Source: an uncultured Solirubrobacterales bacterium (lineage in GTDB: Bacteria; Actinomycetota; Thermoleophilia; Solirubrobacterales; 70-9). From it: a stretch of 64,000 nt of DNA. The notes beneath the pieces are model-generated. The model saw only the letters and a program-made list of their open reading frames with translations, had not been told where the DNA came from and did no database searches. The stretch spans positions 9,370 to 73,369 of the forward strand of contig CAWBRE010000012.1 of NCBI GenBank assembly GCA_963791095.1, given 5' to 3'. Each line of letters opens with the position of its first letter. Positions within the stretch are counted from its first letter, which is position 1. A program made the position numbers and the translations under genes. Positions 52,763-61,422 of the stretch are shown here, piece after piece.

Positions 52763-53015
52763 CTTCGCGACCGGGGGCGCCGGCCCTGCGCGACCGCGTC
52801 GGCCCGCCGAATTACTCCTGGCCCGGGCAGAGGTGCACCGCCGCCGGGTCCGCCATCTCATTCGGATCCCGGCGGCGGCTGCTTGCAGCACCTCGGATAT
52901 GCGCTTTCGGCCCCCTAGCCTTGCGCGCTCCCCCTTGCGGGAGCTCCTGCAACGTAGTCCGACGACCCCGTACCGGTCAAGGACCCCTAATCGGTTGCCC
53001 TACGTACTTTTGGGG

Positions 53016-53990
53016 TCAGCGACCGATCGATTGCTGGTAGAGCGTGAAACCGATCCCCGAACAGACCGCAGCGATGATCCAGAAGCGCAGCATGATCTTG
53101 GTCTCCGACCAGGCCATCATCTCGAAGTGATGGTGGAGCGGGGCCATCAGGAAGATGCGCCGGCGGAAGGTGCGGAAGGAGAAGACCTGGAGCAGGACCG
53201 AGAGCGCCTCGATCACGAAGATGCCGCCGATGATGATCAGCAGGACCTCCGTCTGGGTCATCACCGCCATCGCCCCGATCGCCCCGCCGAGGCCCAAGGA
53301 ACCGGTGTCCCCCATGAAGATCGAGGCCGGGAAGGCGTTGTACCAGAGGAATCCGATGCAGGCGCCGACCAGGCAGCAGCAGAGCAGCGCCAGGTCCTTC
53401 TGCCCGTTGGCGACGAAGGCGATCGCGGTGAAGGTGAGGAGGACGATCGCGCAGGAGCCGGCGGCGAGGCCGTCGAGGCCGTCGGTGAGGTTGACGCCGT
53501 TCGAGGTGCCCGCGATGACGAGGAAGACGAGCACGAAGTAGAGGACCGGGCCGAGGTAGATGCTGCCGCCGCCGATGCGGATGAAGAGGCGCGGTTCGAG
53601 CCCGACCGAGTGGCGGGCCACCCACCAGAGCCCGAGCGCCAGGATCAGCTGGCCGAGCAGCTTCCAGCGGCCGGAGAGGCCGAGCGAGCGGCGTTTGATG
53701 ATCTTGATGTAGTCGTCGGCGAAGCCGAGCGCGGCGCAGCCGATCGCGACCCCGAAGACGGCGAGGCTGGAGGCGTCGCGTTCGGAGAGCACCAGGTAGG
53801 GGACGCAGATCGCGGCGAAGATGATCAGCCCGCCCATCGTCGGCGTGCCCGCCTTGGCGTGGTGCTCCTGCGGGCCGTCCTCGCGGATGTGCTGGCCGAA
53901 CTCGCGCACCCGCAGGTATTCGATGAATTTCGGGCCGAGGAAGATCGTGATCAGCATCGAGGCCATCCCGGCGATGAGGATTTCGCCCAT
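53016..53990 (-). CDS. mraY: Phospho-N-acetylmuramoyl-pentapeptide transferase
   Basis: MGEILIAGMASMLITIFLGPKFIEYLR.., KAGTPTMGG, NGVNLTDGLDGLA, FMGDTGS, APLHHHFE. Start at ATG 53990, just after the murF stop. Confidence 0.93.
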   Translation of the reverse strand: MGEILIAGMASMLITIFLGPKFIEYLRVREFGQHIREDGPQEHHAKAGTPTMGGLIIFAAICVPYLVLSERDASSLAVFGVAIGCAALGFADDYIKIIKRRSLGLSGRWKLLGQLILALGLWWVARHSVGLEPRLFIRIGGGSIYLGPVLYFVLVFLVIAGTSNGVNLTDGLDGLAAGSCAIVLLTFTAIAFVANGQKDLALLCCCLVGACIGFLWYNAFPASIFMGDTGSLGLGGAIGAMAVMTQTEVLLIIIGGIFVIEALSVLLQVFSFRTFRRRIFLMAPLHHHFEMMAWSETKIMLRFWIIAAVCSGIGFTLYQQSIGR

Positions 53991-53992
53991 GG

Positions 53993-55396
53993 CTAGGCGG
54001 CCTCCGCCGCAAGCTCGGTGGCGATGCTCTCCATGCCGACCGCCCGGGAGCCCTTGATCAGGACCACGTCGCCCGCTTCCAGGTGGGACTCCAGCCACTC
54101 GGCCGCCTCGGCCGGGTCGGCGACGAGTTCATCCGGGTCGTAATCGCGGGCGGCGGCGCCGACCCCGAGCACGAGGTCGATCGACCTGCTGCGCGCATGG
54201 CCGCCGACGGCCCGGTGGTGCTCGACCGACTCCGGGCCCAGCTCGCCCATGCCGCCGAGGACGGCCACGGTGCGCGCCCCACCGAGGGTGGCGACGTAGT
54301 CGAGCGCCGCGCGCATCGACACCGGGTTGGCGTTGTAACAGTCGTTCACGAGGAGGATGCCGTCGGCGAGCTTCATCTGTTCGCCGCGAAAGCGGGAGAA
54401 GCCTATGCCCGCGGCGCGGACGGCCATCTCCTCGGGCCCGATCCCGAGCGCGACCCCGCCTGCCACCGCCGCCAGGGCGTTCGTCAGGTTGTACGGCTCG
54501 GCGAAGGGAAACCGGAAGCGCGCCTCGCCCAGCGGGGTGCTGATCAGGGCCGACGTCTCACCCGCGGCCACCTGGACCTCCGAGGCCGCGACGTCGCCCC
54601 CATCGCCGAAGCGCAGGAGGCGCGGGGCGCGCTCCAGGTGGGGCTCGAGCTCACCCGCCTCGACCGGCGCGATCGCGGTGCCGTCGGCGGGCAGGAAGTC
54701 GAGCACCTCGGCCTTGGCGGCGGCGATCGCCTCGACCGAGCCGAGCAGCTCGACGTGGACCGGGCCGACGTTGGTGATGATCGCCGCGTCGGGCTCGGCG
54801 ATCTGCGCCAGCTCGGCGATCTGGCCGGGCCCGCGCATCGCCATCTCGAGCACCAGGCGCTCGGTGTCGTCGGGCGCCTCGAGCACGGTCAGCGGCAGCC
54901 CGATCTCGGTGTTGAAGTTCTGCGTGTTGGCGTGCACGTTGCCGGGGAGGAGGGCGCGGGCGATGTCCTTGACCGAGGTCTTGCCGACCGAGCCGGTGAC
55001 CCCGAGGACCTGGGCGCCGAGCGCCCGCCGGCTGGCGGTGGCGAGGGATTGGAGCGCGGCGAGCGGATCCTCGGTGGCGAAGATCCAGGGCGGCCCGGCG
55101 GGACCGATCGGGGAGACAGGATTTGAACCTGCGATCGCTCGTCCCCCAGTCTCGTAGGCCGCAGCCACTAGCGCCTCGGTGAACTCGGGGCCGACGACCA
55201 CCCCCCAGGCCCCGGCCTCAATCGCAGCCGCGGCGAACTCGCCGCCATCGCGATGCTCGCCGCGCAGGCCGAAGAAGAGGTCACGGAGGCCGACCGCCGC
55301 GGAATCGATGACCGCGCGCTGCGGCAACTCCGAGGAGCCTTCGGCGAGCACCCGTGCGCCGGTCGCGCCCGCGATCTGCGCCCCGCCGAGCCTCAC
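53993..55396 (-). CDS. murF: UDP-N-acetylmuramoyl-tripeptide--D-alanyl-D-alanine ligase
   Basis: 467 aa. GVTGSVGKTS, NDCYNANP. GTGA overlap with the murE stop. Carries an atypical insertion of about 25 aa (see 55108-55180). Confidence 0.9.
   Translation of the reverse strand: MRLGGAQIAGATGARVLAEGSSELPQRAVIDSAAVGLRDLFFGLRGEHRDGGEFAAAAIEAGAWGVVVGPEFTEALVAAAYETGGRAIAGSNPVSPIGPAGPPWIFATEDPLAALQSLATASRRALGAQVLGVTGSVGKTSVKDIARALLPGNVHANTQNFNTEIGLPLTVLEAPDDTERLVLEMAMRGPGQIAELAQIAEPDAAIITNVGPVHVELLGSVEAIAAAKAEVLDFLPADGTAIAPVEAGELEPHLERAPRLLRFGDGGDVAASEVQVAAGETSALISTPLGEARFRFPFAEPYNLTNALAAVAGGVALGIGPEEMAVRAAGIGFSRFRGEQMKLADGILLVNDCYNANPVSMRAALDYVATLGGARTVAVLGGMGELGPESVEHHRAVGGHARSRSIDLVLGVGAAARDYDPDELVADPAEAAEWLESHLEAGDVVLIKGSRAVGMESIATELAAEAA
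55108..55180 (-). other. Degenerate tRNA-Pro(GGG)-like 73-nt segment embedded in frame in murF (not a functional tRNA)
   Basis: In the coding sense it reads ..GCGC-TAGTGGCT-GCGG..CTGGGGGACGAG-CGATC-GCAGG-TTCAAAT-CCTGT-CTCCCCG-A. The T arm, 3' acceptor strand and discriminator match my recollection of actinobacterial tRNA-Pro. The 5' acceptor and anticodon stem do not pair. A/T-ending codons (CTA, ACT, GGA, CGA, GCA, GGT, TCA, AAT, CCT) are atypical for this genome. Confidence 0.55.
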
Positions 55397-56895
55397 GCCG
55401 GGCTGCCCAGCTTGCGCAGCTCCTCGCGGGCGACCTCGCGGTCGTCGAAGGGGATCTTCCGCCCGCCCTCGAACTCCTGTCCCTGCTCATGACCCTTGCC
55501 GGCGATCACCACCGTGTCGCCGCGCCGGGCGCGGCCCAGCGCCAGTGCGATCGCGGCCTGGCGGTCGACCTCGACGATCAGCTCGGCATCGCCTTCGCGC
55601 GCCCCGGCGGCCACTTCGGCGACGATCGCCTCGGGGTCCTCGGAGCGCGGGTTGTCGGAGGTGACGATGGCGAGATCGGAGAGGACGCCGCCCGCCCGTC
55701 CCATCAGCGGTCGCTTGGCCTTGTCGCGGTCGCCGCCGGCGCCGAAGACGGCGATCAGCCTGCCCTCGGTGAGCCGGCGTGCCGCGCGCAGCACGTTCTC
55801 GACCGAGTCGGGGGTGTGGGCGTAGTCGACGAGGACGGCGAAGCCCTGGCCCTCGTCGACCGGCTCGAAGCGTCCCGGCACCCGCGCCGCCGCCGCCAGC
55901 CCCCGCGCCGCAGCCTCCGGCTCGACCCCGAGCGCCGTCGCCGCCGCGAACGCCCCGAGCGCGTTCGCCACGTTGAAGTGCCCCGGCATCCCCGTCCCCA
56001 CCCGCACCTCGGTGTCGATGGGCCGAAAACTCAAGCCCTTATGGTCCGGTTTTCGGCCCATCAACACGGTGAACTGGGCGCCCCCCGCGTCGAACTCGAC
56101 GTCGATGGCGCGGTAGTCGGCGTCGGCGCCTTCGGCGGAGAAGGTCAGGCACTCGAATTCCTCCGCCAGGCGCCGGCCGTAGGGATCGTCGACGTTGACG
56201 ATCCGCACCCCCGGCTCGGCTTCGAACAACTTGCGCTTGGCGACGAAGTAGTCCTCCATGTCGGCATGGAAGTCGAGGTGGTCCTGGGTCAGGTTGGTGA
56301 AGACGGCGGCGTCGAAATGGATCGCGTCGGCGCGGTGCAACACCATCGCGTGCGAAGAGACCTCCATCGCGCAGGCCTTGTCGCCACCCTCGAGCATCCG
56401 GCGGAACGTCTCCTGCAGGTCGATCGCCTCCGGGGTGGTCCGTTCGACCGGCTCCTCCTCCCCGCCGACCACCTGCTTGACCGTGCCCATCAGCCCGGTC
56501 TGGATCCCCGCCGCTTCGAGGATCTCGCGGGCCAGGTAGGCGGTCGTCGTCTTGCCGTTGGTGCCGGTCACCCCGACCACCTTCAGCTCCGCCGTCGGGT
56601 CGCCCCAGAAGGCGGACGCGAACGGCGCCATCGCCGCCCGCGCGCTCGGCACCACCACCTGCGGCACCGCGACCTCCAGCTCCCGCTCGACGACCAGCGC
56701 CACCGCCCCGGCCTCGACCACCTGCGCCGCAAACTCGTGCCCATCGCGCTTTTCCCCGACCACGCAGAAGAAAAGCGTCCCCGGACCCGCCTTGCGCGAG
56801 TCATAGGCGAGGTCGGCGATCTCGACCGTGGGATCGCCCAGGATTCGGGTCCGGTCCGCGCCCGAAGACGCTTTGAGGAGATCTTCCAGCTTCAC
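55393..56895 (-). CDS. murE: UDP-N-acetylmuramoyl-L-alanyl-D-glutamate--2,6-diaminopimelate ligase
   Basis: C-terminal 500 aa of ORF 55393..57519, from GTG 56895 (VKLEDLLK). GVTGTNGKTTT, DYAHTPD, GAGGDRD, DNPRSEDP. Confidence 0.92.
   Translation of the reverse strand: MKLEDLLKASSGADRTRILGDPTVEIADLAYDSRKAGPGTLFFCVVGEKRDGHEFAAQVVEAGAVALVVERELEVAVPQVVVPSARAAMAPFASAFWGDPTAELKVVGVTGTNGKTTTAYLAREILEAAGIQTGLMGTVKQVVGGEEEPVERTTPEAIDLQETFRRMLEGGDKACAMEVSSHAMVLHRADAIHFDAAVFTNLTQDHLDFHADMEDYFVAKRKLFEAEPGVRIVNVDDPYGRRLAEEFECLTFSAEGADADYRAIDVEFDAGGAQFTVLMGRKPDHKGLSFRPIDTEVRVGTGMPGHFNVANALGAFAAATALGVEPEAAARGLAAAARVPGRFEPVDEGQGFAVLVDYAHTPDSVENVLRAARRLTEGRLIAVFGAGGDRDKAKRPLMGRAGGVLSDLAIVTSDNPRSEDPEAIVAEVAAGAREGDAELIVEVDRQAAIALALGRARRGDTVVIAGKGHEQGQEFEGGRKIPFDDREVAREELRKLGSPA
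56017..56062. repeat. About 45-bp palindromic element inserted in frame in murE (14-bp perfect arms, 18-nt loop)
   Basis: GATGGGCCGAAAAC-TCAAGCCCTTATGGTCCG-GTTTTCGGCCCATC. Lower GC than its flanks. Translated as MGRKPDHKGLSFRPI, in a segment where MurE proteins normally have no such residues (from memory of E. coli and M. tuberculosis MurE). Confidence 0.7.
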
Positions 56896-56939
56896 AGAGC
56901 CGATTCTAGGTAGGCCGCCGGGCGCCCCTCCCGAGGCCC

Positions 56940-58596
56940 TTATTCCTGCGGCACGCCGAGATAAGGCAGCGAGAAGGCCGCGATTTCGCCGAACGCCGGC
57001 GCCGCGACCGAGCCACCGTAGATTTCGCCTTCCGGCTCGTCGACGATCACCGCGGCGAGGAACTTCGGGTGCATCGCCGGGGCGAAGCCGATGAAGGAGG
57101 CGATGTATTTGGTTTCCGAGTAGCCGCCGTTTTCGGCCACCTGGGCGGTTCCGGTCTTGCCCGCCAGCGTGTAGCCGGGGACGCTCACCATCGACGCGGT
57201 GCCTTCCGGGCCGAGCACGCCCTCGAGCATTTCGCGCACCTCCTCGGCGGTTTTCGCGCTGATCACGCGATGCCCCTTGGGCTCGTGCACGGCTTCTTCG
57301 CCGATCCGCTTGACCAGCTGCGGCGGCCGCTCGATCCCGCCGTGGGCGATCGCCGTGTATCCCTGCACCATCTGCATCGGCGTCACCGCGGCGCCCTGGC
57401 CCATCGGCAGGTTGCCCATCGTCGCGCCCGAGTATTCGTCGAGCTTCGGCACGATGCCTTTTTCCTCGCCCGGGAACTGGACCCCGGTCGGTTTGCCGAA
57501 GCCGAACCTTTCGATCCACTTGCTGTATTTCGTGGCGCCGATCTTCTGCCCGATCTCGACCGCGCCGATGTTCGAGGAGCGCGCCAGGATCTGCGCCACC
57601 GTCATGTTTTCGGTGCCGTGTTCCTCGGCGTCTTCGATGATCCGTTCGCCGATTTCGAGGAACGGCGGGATCGTGAATTCGGTCGACGGCGTCACCAGAC
57701 CTTCTTCGAGGGCGGCCGAGACCGTGAACGCCTTGAAGGTCGAGCCCGGTTCGTAGTTGAAGCTGGTCGCCCGGTTGTTCAGGTCTTCGGTGGTGACGTG
57801 TTCCAGGTCACCCGGGTTGACCGGCGGCCAGTTCGCCATCGCCAGGACTTCCGAGGTTTCCGGGTCCATCACGATCGCCGTCGCGCCCTTCGGCGAGTAC
57901 GTTTCGCCGATCCGTGACAGCACCTGTTCGGCTTTCTGCTGGATCACCGGGTCGAGCGTCAGCTGCACGTCTTCGCCGTCGCGCGCTTCCTTCACCGTTT
58001 CCAGCTTGATCGGGTCGCCGAGCGCGTCGGTGACCACGCGGCGTTCGCCTTCTTCGCCCGCCAAGCGCCGATTCCTCGCCCGCCTCGATCCCGGTCAGGC
58101 CGGTCCCTTCGGAGCCGACCGCGCCGATCACCTGACCCGCCATTTCCCCCTGCGGGTAGGTGCGGCGGCTGGCCGGCAGCTGGCCGACGCCTTCGATCGC
58201 AAGCTTTTCGACCTTCGCCGCGGTGGCCAGGTCGATGTCTTTGGCGAGGTAGGAGAAGCCCGATTCGGCGGTCAGCTCTTCCAGCACCTTGCCTTTTTTC
58301 TGCTTCAGGATCGGGGCGAGGCGTTCCGCCGCCTTGGGCGGGTTTTTCACCTGGTAGGGCGTCGCGTAGATCGTCGCCGCGTCTTCGGAGGAGGCGAGGC
58401 GGGTGCCGCTGCGGTCGAGGATCGAGCCGCGCAGGCCCGGCACCATCACCGTCTGGCTCTGCTGCTCGAGCGCCTGCGAGGAGAGCTGCGAGGCCTCCAC
58501 CCCCTGCAGCCAGAAGGCGCGGCAGATGATCAGCAGGAAGGCGAACAGAAAGCCGGCGAAGAGGAGGCCGATGCGTCGCTCGATCAGGTGCTTCAT
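56940..58596 (-). CDS. ftsI: Division-specific class B penicillin-binding protein (FtsI/PBP3); frame broken by one extra base near 58063-58067
   Basis: The N-terminus MKHLIERRIGLLFAGFLFAF..GLTGIEAGEES reads in ORF 57808..58596. LAGEEGERRVVTDALG..STFK..SSN..KTGTA reads in the +1 frame (ORF 56940..58064). Confidence 0.9.
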
Positions 58597-58601
58597 CCCG
58601 G

Positions 58602-59582
58602 CTATTCCGTCGGGACTTCGGTCACGGTTTCTTCGTAAACCGGTTCTTCGTAGCTGACTTCTTCGCCGCCCACAGCGCCTTCGGCGTCAGCCGCTTCGCG
58701 GGCCAGCGTTTCTTCGTAGATCGCGTTTTTTTCTTCCTGGGAGAGGCCCGCCATTTCGGCTTCGCTGGTTGCTTCGCCGCCCGCGGCTTCTCCGCCGGCC
58801 GTTTCTTCGCCGGCCGTTTCTCCGCCGGCCGCCGCTCCTTCGCTCGCGCTCGCTTCGCCGGACGTCGAGTTGGCCGCAGCGGTTCCGCCGGCTGCGGCGC
58901 CTAGACGCGCGGCGGCGGTGGCGACGTTCCCCTTGCCCACGGTCACCATCTTCGGCTCGACCGCCATGTTCGCCGAGAGGCCCAGTTTCTTCGCCTCGAA
59001 GTGGACCGGCCCCTGGCCGTACTTCTTCGAGTTGAGGCTCTGCAGCACGGTGTTCTCGCGGCTCAGTTCCAGGTTGCTCTCTTCGACCTTGCCCGCCGAG
59101 GCGGCGAAGCTGAGCGTCACCACGTTGAGGCCGACGATCCCGATCAGGAGCACGCCGAGCACGCCGATCCAGGCGCGGCCGCGGGTGAGCCGGTGGATCA
59201 GCCCGGACTCGGGAAGCTGGGTGACGGCGACGGCGGTGCGGCCGACGGTGCCCGCGGCGATCGGGATGACCCGGGCCGGGGCGCGGCGTTTCGGCGCGGT
59301 CTTGCGAGCCGGTTCGGCGGAGGCTTTGCGACGGCTCGGGGCGGCTTCGCGGGCGGTCGCTTTGCGCTTCGGCGCGGCGGTCGCGCCGGAAGCGGCTTTG
59401 CGGCGTTTCTTCGGCGCGGTGGCGGGCGCCGCCGTGGCCGCGCTCGCGGCGCCGCCGGTGCGGCCAGGTCCTCCCGGGCGGGGACGGTCGCGAGGGCGTT
59501 TCTTCGGCTCGGGCGGTGCGGTGCGCGCGGGCGCCGGAGCGGCCGGGCTCTGGGAGGGGCGCTTCGGCGCGGCGACGGCCAT
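58602..59582 (-). CDS. ftsL: FtsL-like bitopic cell division protein with a long basic N-terminus and an acidic C-terminus
   Basis: 326 aa. K/R/P/A-rich ~130 aa, one TM (AWIGVLGVLLIGIVGLNVV), a short coiled segment, then an E/G/A-rich tail with a tandem DNA repeat. Assigned mainly from its position between rsmH and ftsI. Confidence 0.5.
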   Translation of the reverse strand: MAVAAPKRPSQSPAAPAPARTAPPEPKKRPRDRPRPGGPGRTGGAASAATAAPATAPKKRRKAASGATAAPKRKATAREAAPSRRKASAEPARKTAPKRRAPARVIPIAAGTVGRTAVAVTQLPESGLIHRLTRGRAWIGVLGVLLIGIVGLNVVTLSFAASAGKVEESNLELSRENTVLQSLNSKKYGQGPVHFEAKKLGLSANMAVEPKMVTVGKGNVATAAARLGAAAGGTAAANSTSGEASASEGAAAGGETAGEETAGGEAAGGEATSEAEMAGLSQEEKNAIYEETLAREAADAEGAVGGEEVSYEEPVYEETVTEVPTE

Positions 59583-60622
59583 CAGTCGTCCTCCCCGGTC
59601 GGCGCGTCGTCATCGACCCGCGTGTCGAAGGCGATCCGGGTCGCGGCGCGCAGGTGGGCCGAGCGCGAGCGCGGGTTGGCCTCGACCTCCTCGGGCCCGG
59701 GAGCGACCGCCCGCCGGGTCAGGAGTTCGGCCTCGGGCTCGTGGCCGCAGACGCAGACCGGCAGCTCCGGTGGGCAGACGCAGCCGGTCGCCTTTTCGGC
59801 GAGGAACTGCTTCACCGGCCGGTCCTCGAGCGAGTGGAAGGAGATCGCGGCGAATCGGCCGCCCAGCGGCAGCGCGTCCCAGGCCAGCGGCAGCACCTCG
59901 TTCAGCAGGTCGAGCTCACCGTTGACGGCGATCCGCAGTGCCTGGAAGGTGCGCTTGGCCGGGTGGCCGCCGGCGAAGCGGGCGGCGGTGGGCATCCCCG
60001 CCTGGATCGCGCCGACCAGTTCGGAGGTGGTGCGCAGCGGGCGGCGGCGGATGATCTCCTTGGCGATCCCGTTGGCGTGGCGCTCCTCGCCGAAACGGCG
60101 CAGCACCTGGACGATCCGCCCCTCCGGCCACTCGTTGACGAGGTCGGCGGCGTCGAAGCTCTGTCGCGGGTCCATCCGCATGTCGAGCGGCGCGTCGTAG
60201 GAGTAGGAAAAGCCCCGCTCCCAGGCGTCGATCTGCATCGATGACATTCCCAGATCCATGTAAACCATGTCTGGGCGGATTCCTTCGCCTTGCAGCGCGC
60301 GAAGTCCTGCAACGAAGTCGGCGCCGACGAACAGCGTCTTACACGGAGCCTCCGCGGCGAAGCGGTTGAAGCGCTCCTGGGCGGTCGGGTCGCGGTCGAT
60401 CCCGATCAGCGTCCCCTCCGGGCCGAGGCGCTCGGCGACGAGCCGCGCGTGGCCGCCCGCGCCGAAGGTGCAGTCGATCGCGATCTGGCCGGGCTCGGGG
60501 GCGAGCAGGTCGACCAGCTCGGGGGCGAGGACGGGATCGTGTTCGCGGGTCACGAGCGACAGCAGGTTCGGCCCGGCGGGCTGGTGGGAGAGGGTGGGGG
60601 TGCGGGCGGCATGAAGTCTCAT
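59582..60622 (-). CDS. rsmH: 16S rRNA (cytosine1402-N4)-methyltransferase
   Basis: HDPVLAPELV, DCTFGAGGH, DLGMSSMQID, ISFHSLEDR. Start at ATG 60622, directly after the mraZ stop. Confidence 0.92.
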   Translation of the reverse strand: MRLHAARTPTLSHQPAGPNLLSLVTREHDPVLAPELVDLLAPEPGQIAIDCTFGAGGHARLVAERLGPEGTLIGIDRDPTAQERFNRFAAEAPCKTLFVGADFVAGLRALQGEGIRPDMVYMDLGMSSMQIDAWERGFSYSYDAPLDMRMDPRQSFDAADLVNEWPEGRIVQVLRRFGEERHANGIAKEIIRRRPLRTTSELVGAIQAGMPTAARFAGGHPAKRTFQALRIAVNGELDLLNEVLPLAWDALPLGGRFAAISFHSLEDRPVKQFLAEKATGCVCPPELPVCVCGHEPEAELLTRRAVAPGPEEVEANPRSRSAHLRAATRIAFDTRVDDDAPTGEDD

Positions 60623-60624
60623 GG

Positions 60625-61065
60625 TTACGCGGCGCCGGCCCCGGCCAGGCCCTCGGCGATCTCGGGCGCGGCGGCGTCGAGCTCTTCCTCCTGCTTGGCC
60701 CAGGCCTCGGCGTTCCAGATCTCGAGGTACTCCCCCGCCCCGATCACCACGCATTCGCCGTCCAGGCCGGCGTGCTCGATCAAGGGCTTGGGGATGCGGA
60801 TCCGCCCGGCCGAGTCGAGTTTCTCGTCGAAGGAGCCGCCGTGAAAACGGCGGCGCAGAGCCCTGGCGTCCTTGCCGAAGGGCGAATGAGGTGAGAGGAA
60901 GCGGTCCGACAGCTCCTCGAACTCGGCGGTCGTGTGCACCCAGACGCAGGGGTCGAAGCCCTTGGAGAGAACTATCCCGTCGGCTAGAGAACTGCGAAAG
61001 CGGGAGGGCACGGTCAATCGATCCTTGCTGTCCAGGCTGTGCTCATAGAGGCCCCGAAATGCCAT
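60625..61065 (-). CDS. mraZ: Division/cell wall cluster transcriptional regulator MraZ
   Basis: MAFRGLYEHSLDSKDRLTVPSRFR..DSAGRIRIPKPL. Two DxxxR repeats. C-terminal 146 aa of ORF 60625..61647. Confidence 0.92.
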   Translation of the reverse strand: MAFRGLYEHSLDSKDRLTVPSRFRSSLADGIVLSKGFDPCVWVHTTAEFEELSDRFLSPHSPFGKDARALRRRFHGGSFDEKLDSAGRIRIPKPLIEHAGLDGECVVIGAGEYLEIWNAEAWAKQEEELDAAAPEIAEGLAGAGAA

Positions 61066-61110
61066 CTCGGTGTCCTTTCTGAGCGGTGGTTCGAGGTCGG
61101 AAAAGAGTTG

Positions 61111-61153
61111 GGACCGGAGTGATGAGGTGGGAGGAGCCTCACCACCCCGGTCC
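61111..61153 (-). promoter_or_regulatory. 17-bp-stem hairpin in the mraZ 5' leader with a C-rich apical loop (CUCCUCCCA in the transcript)
   Basis: GGACCGGAGTGATGAGG-TGGGAGGAG-CCTCACCACCCCGGTCC on the + strand. In the minus-sense RNA two positions become G-U pairs. Confidence 0.45.
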
Positions 61154-61171
61154 TGGGCTTCAACTCGATCG

Positions 61172-61208
61172 CCACTCTGACACACACCCTCCCACTTTGC
61201 AACACCAC
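61172..61208 (-). promoter_or_regulatory. Series of GTGG(G/C/T) direct repeats upstream of mraZ (candidate MraZ operator / Pmra region)
   Basis: On the minus strand: GTGGT, GTGGG, GTGTG, GTGGC, spaced about 10-13 nt (CCAC at 61172, 61192, 61205; CACAC at 61181). MraZ is known to bind phased GTGGG-type repeats upstream of its own operon. Confidence 0.4.
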
Positions 61209-61422
61209 CTCCCTCTGCAACCCCATTTGCATTTCGACCCCTGCCTTCTGGCCCGCGGGGTAGGTTGGGGCGCATGAGCACTGAAGAGCGGGACCAGGCA
61301 GAAGAGTCGGACGTAGAGGCAGGCGGCGCGGCGGCTGCGGGCGGTGCGGGCGCGGCGACGGGCGACGGCACTCCGGGACAGCCGGACACGGCTTCCGCCC
61401 AGGCGCGCCGGCCCCTTCCGGC

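Noticed and set aside
55108-55180. A functional tRNA-Pro gene on the minus strand
   Set aside because: The acceptor stem and anticodon stem do not pair and there are extra bases in the anticodon arm. The segment lies wholly inside the continuous murF reading frame. I report it as a tRNA-like relic instead.
58760-58830. Tandem DNA repeat CCGCCGGCCGTTTCT(T/C)C in the ftsL-like gene as a distinct repeat element
   Set aside because: It simply encodes the reiterated acidic GGE(T/A)AG tail of the protein. This is low-complexity coding sequence, not a separate feature.
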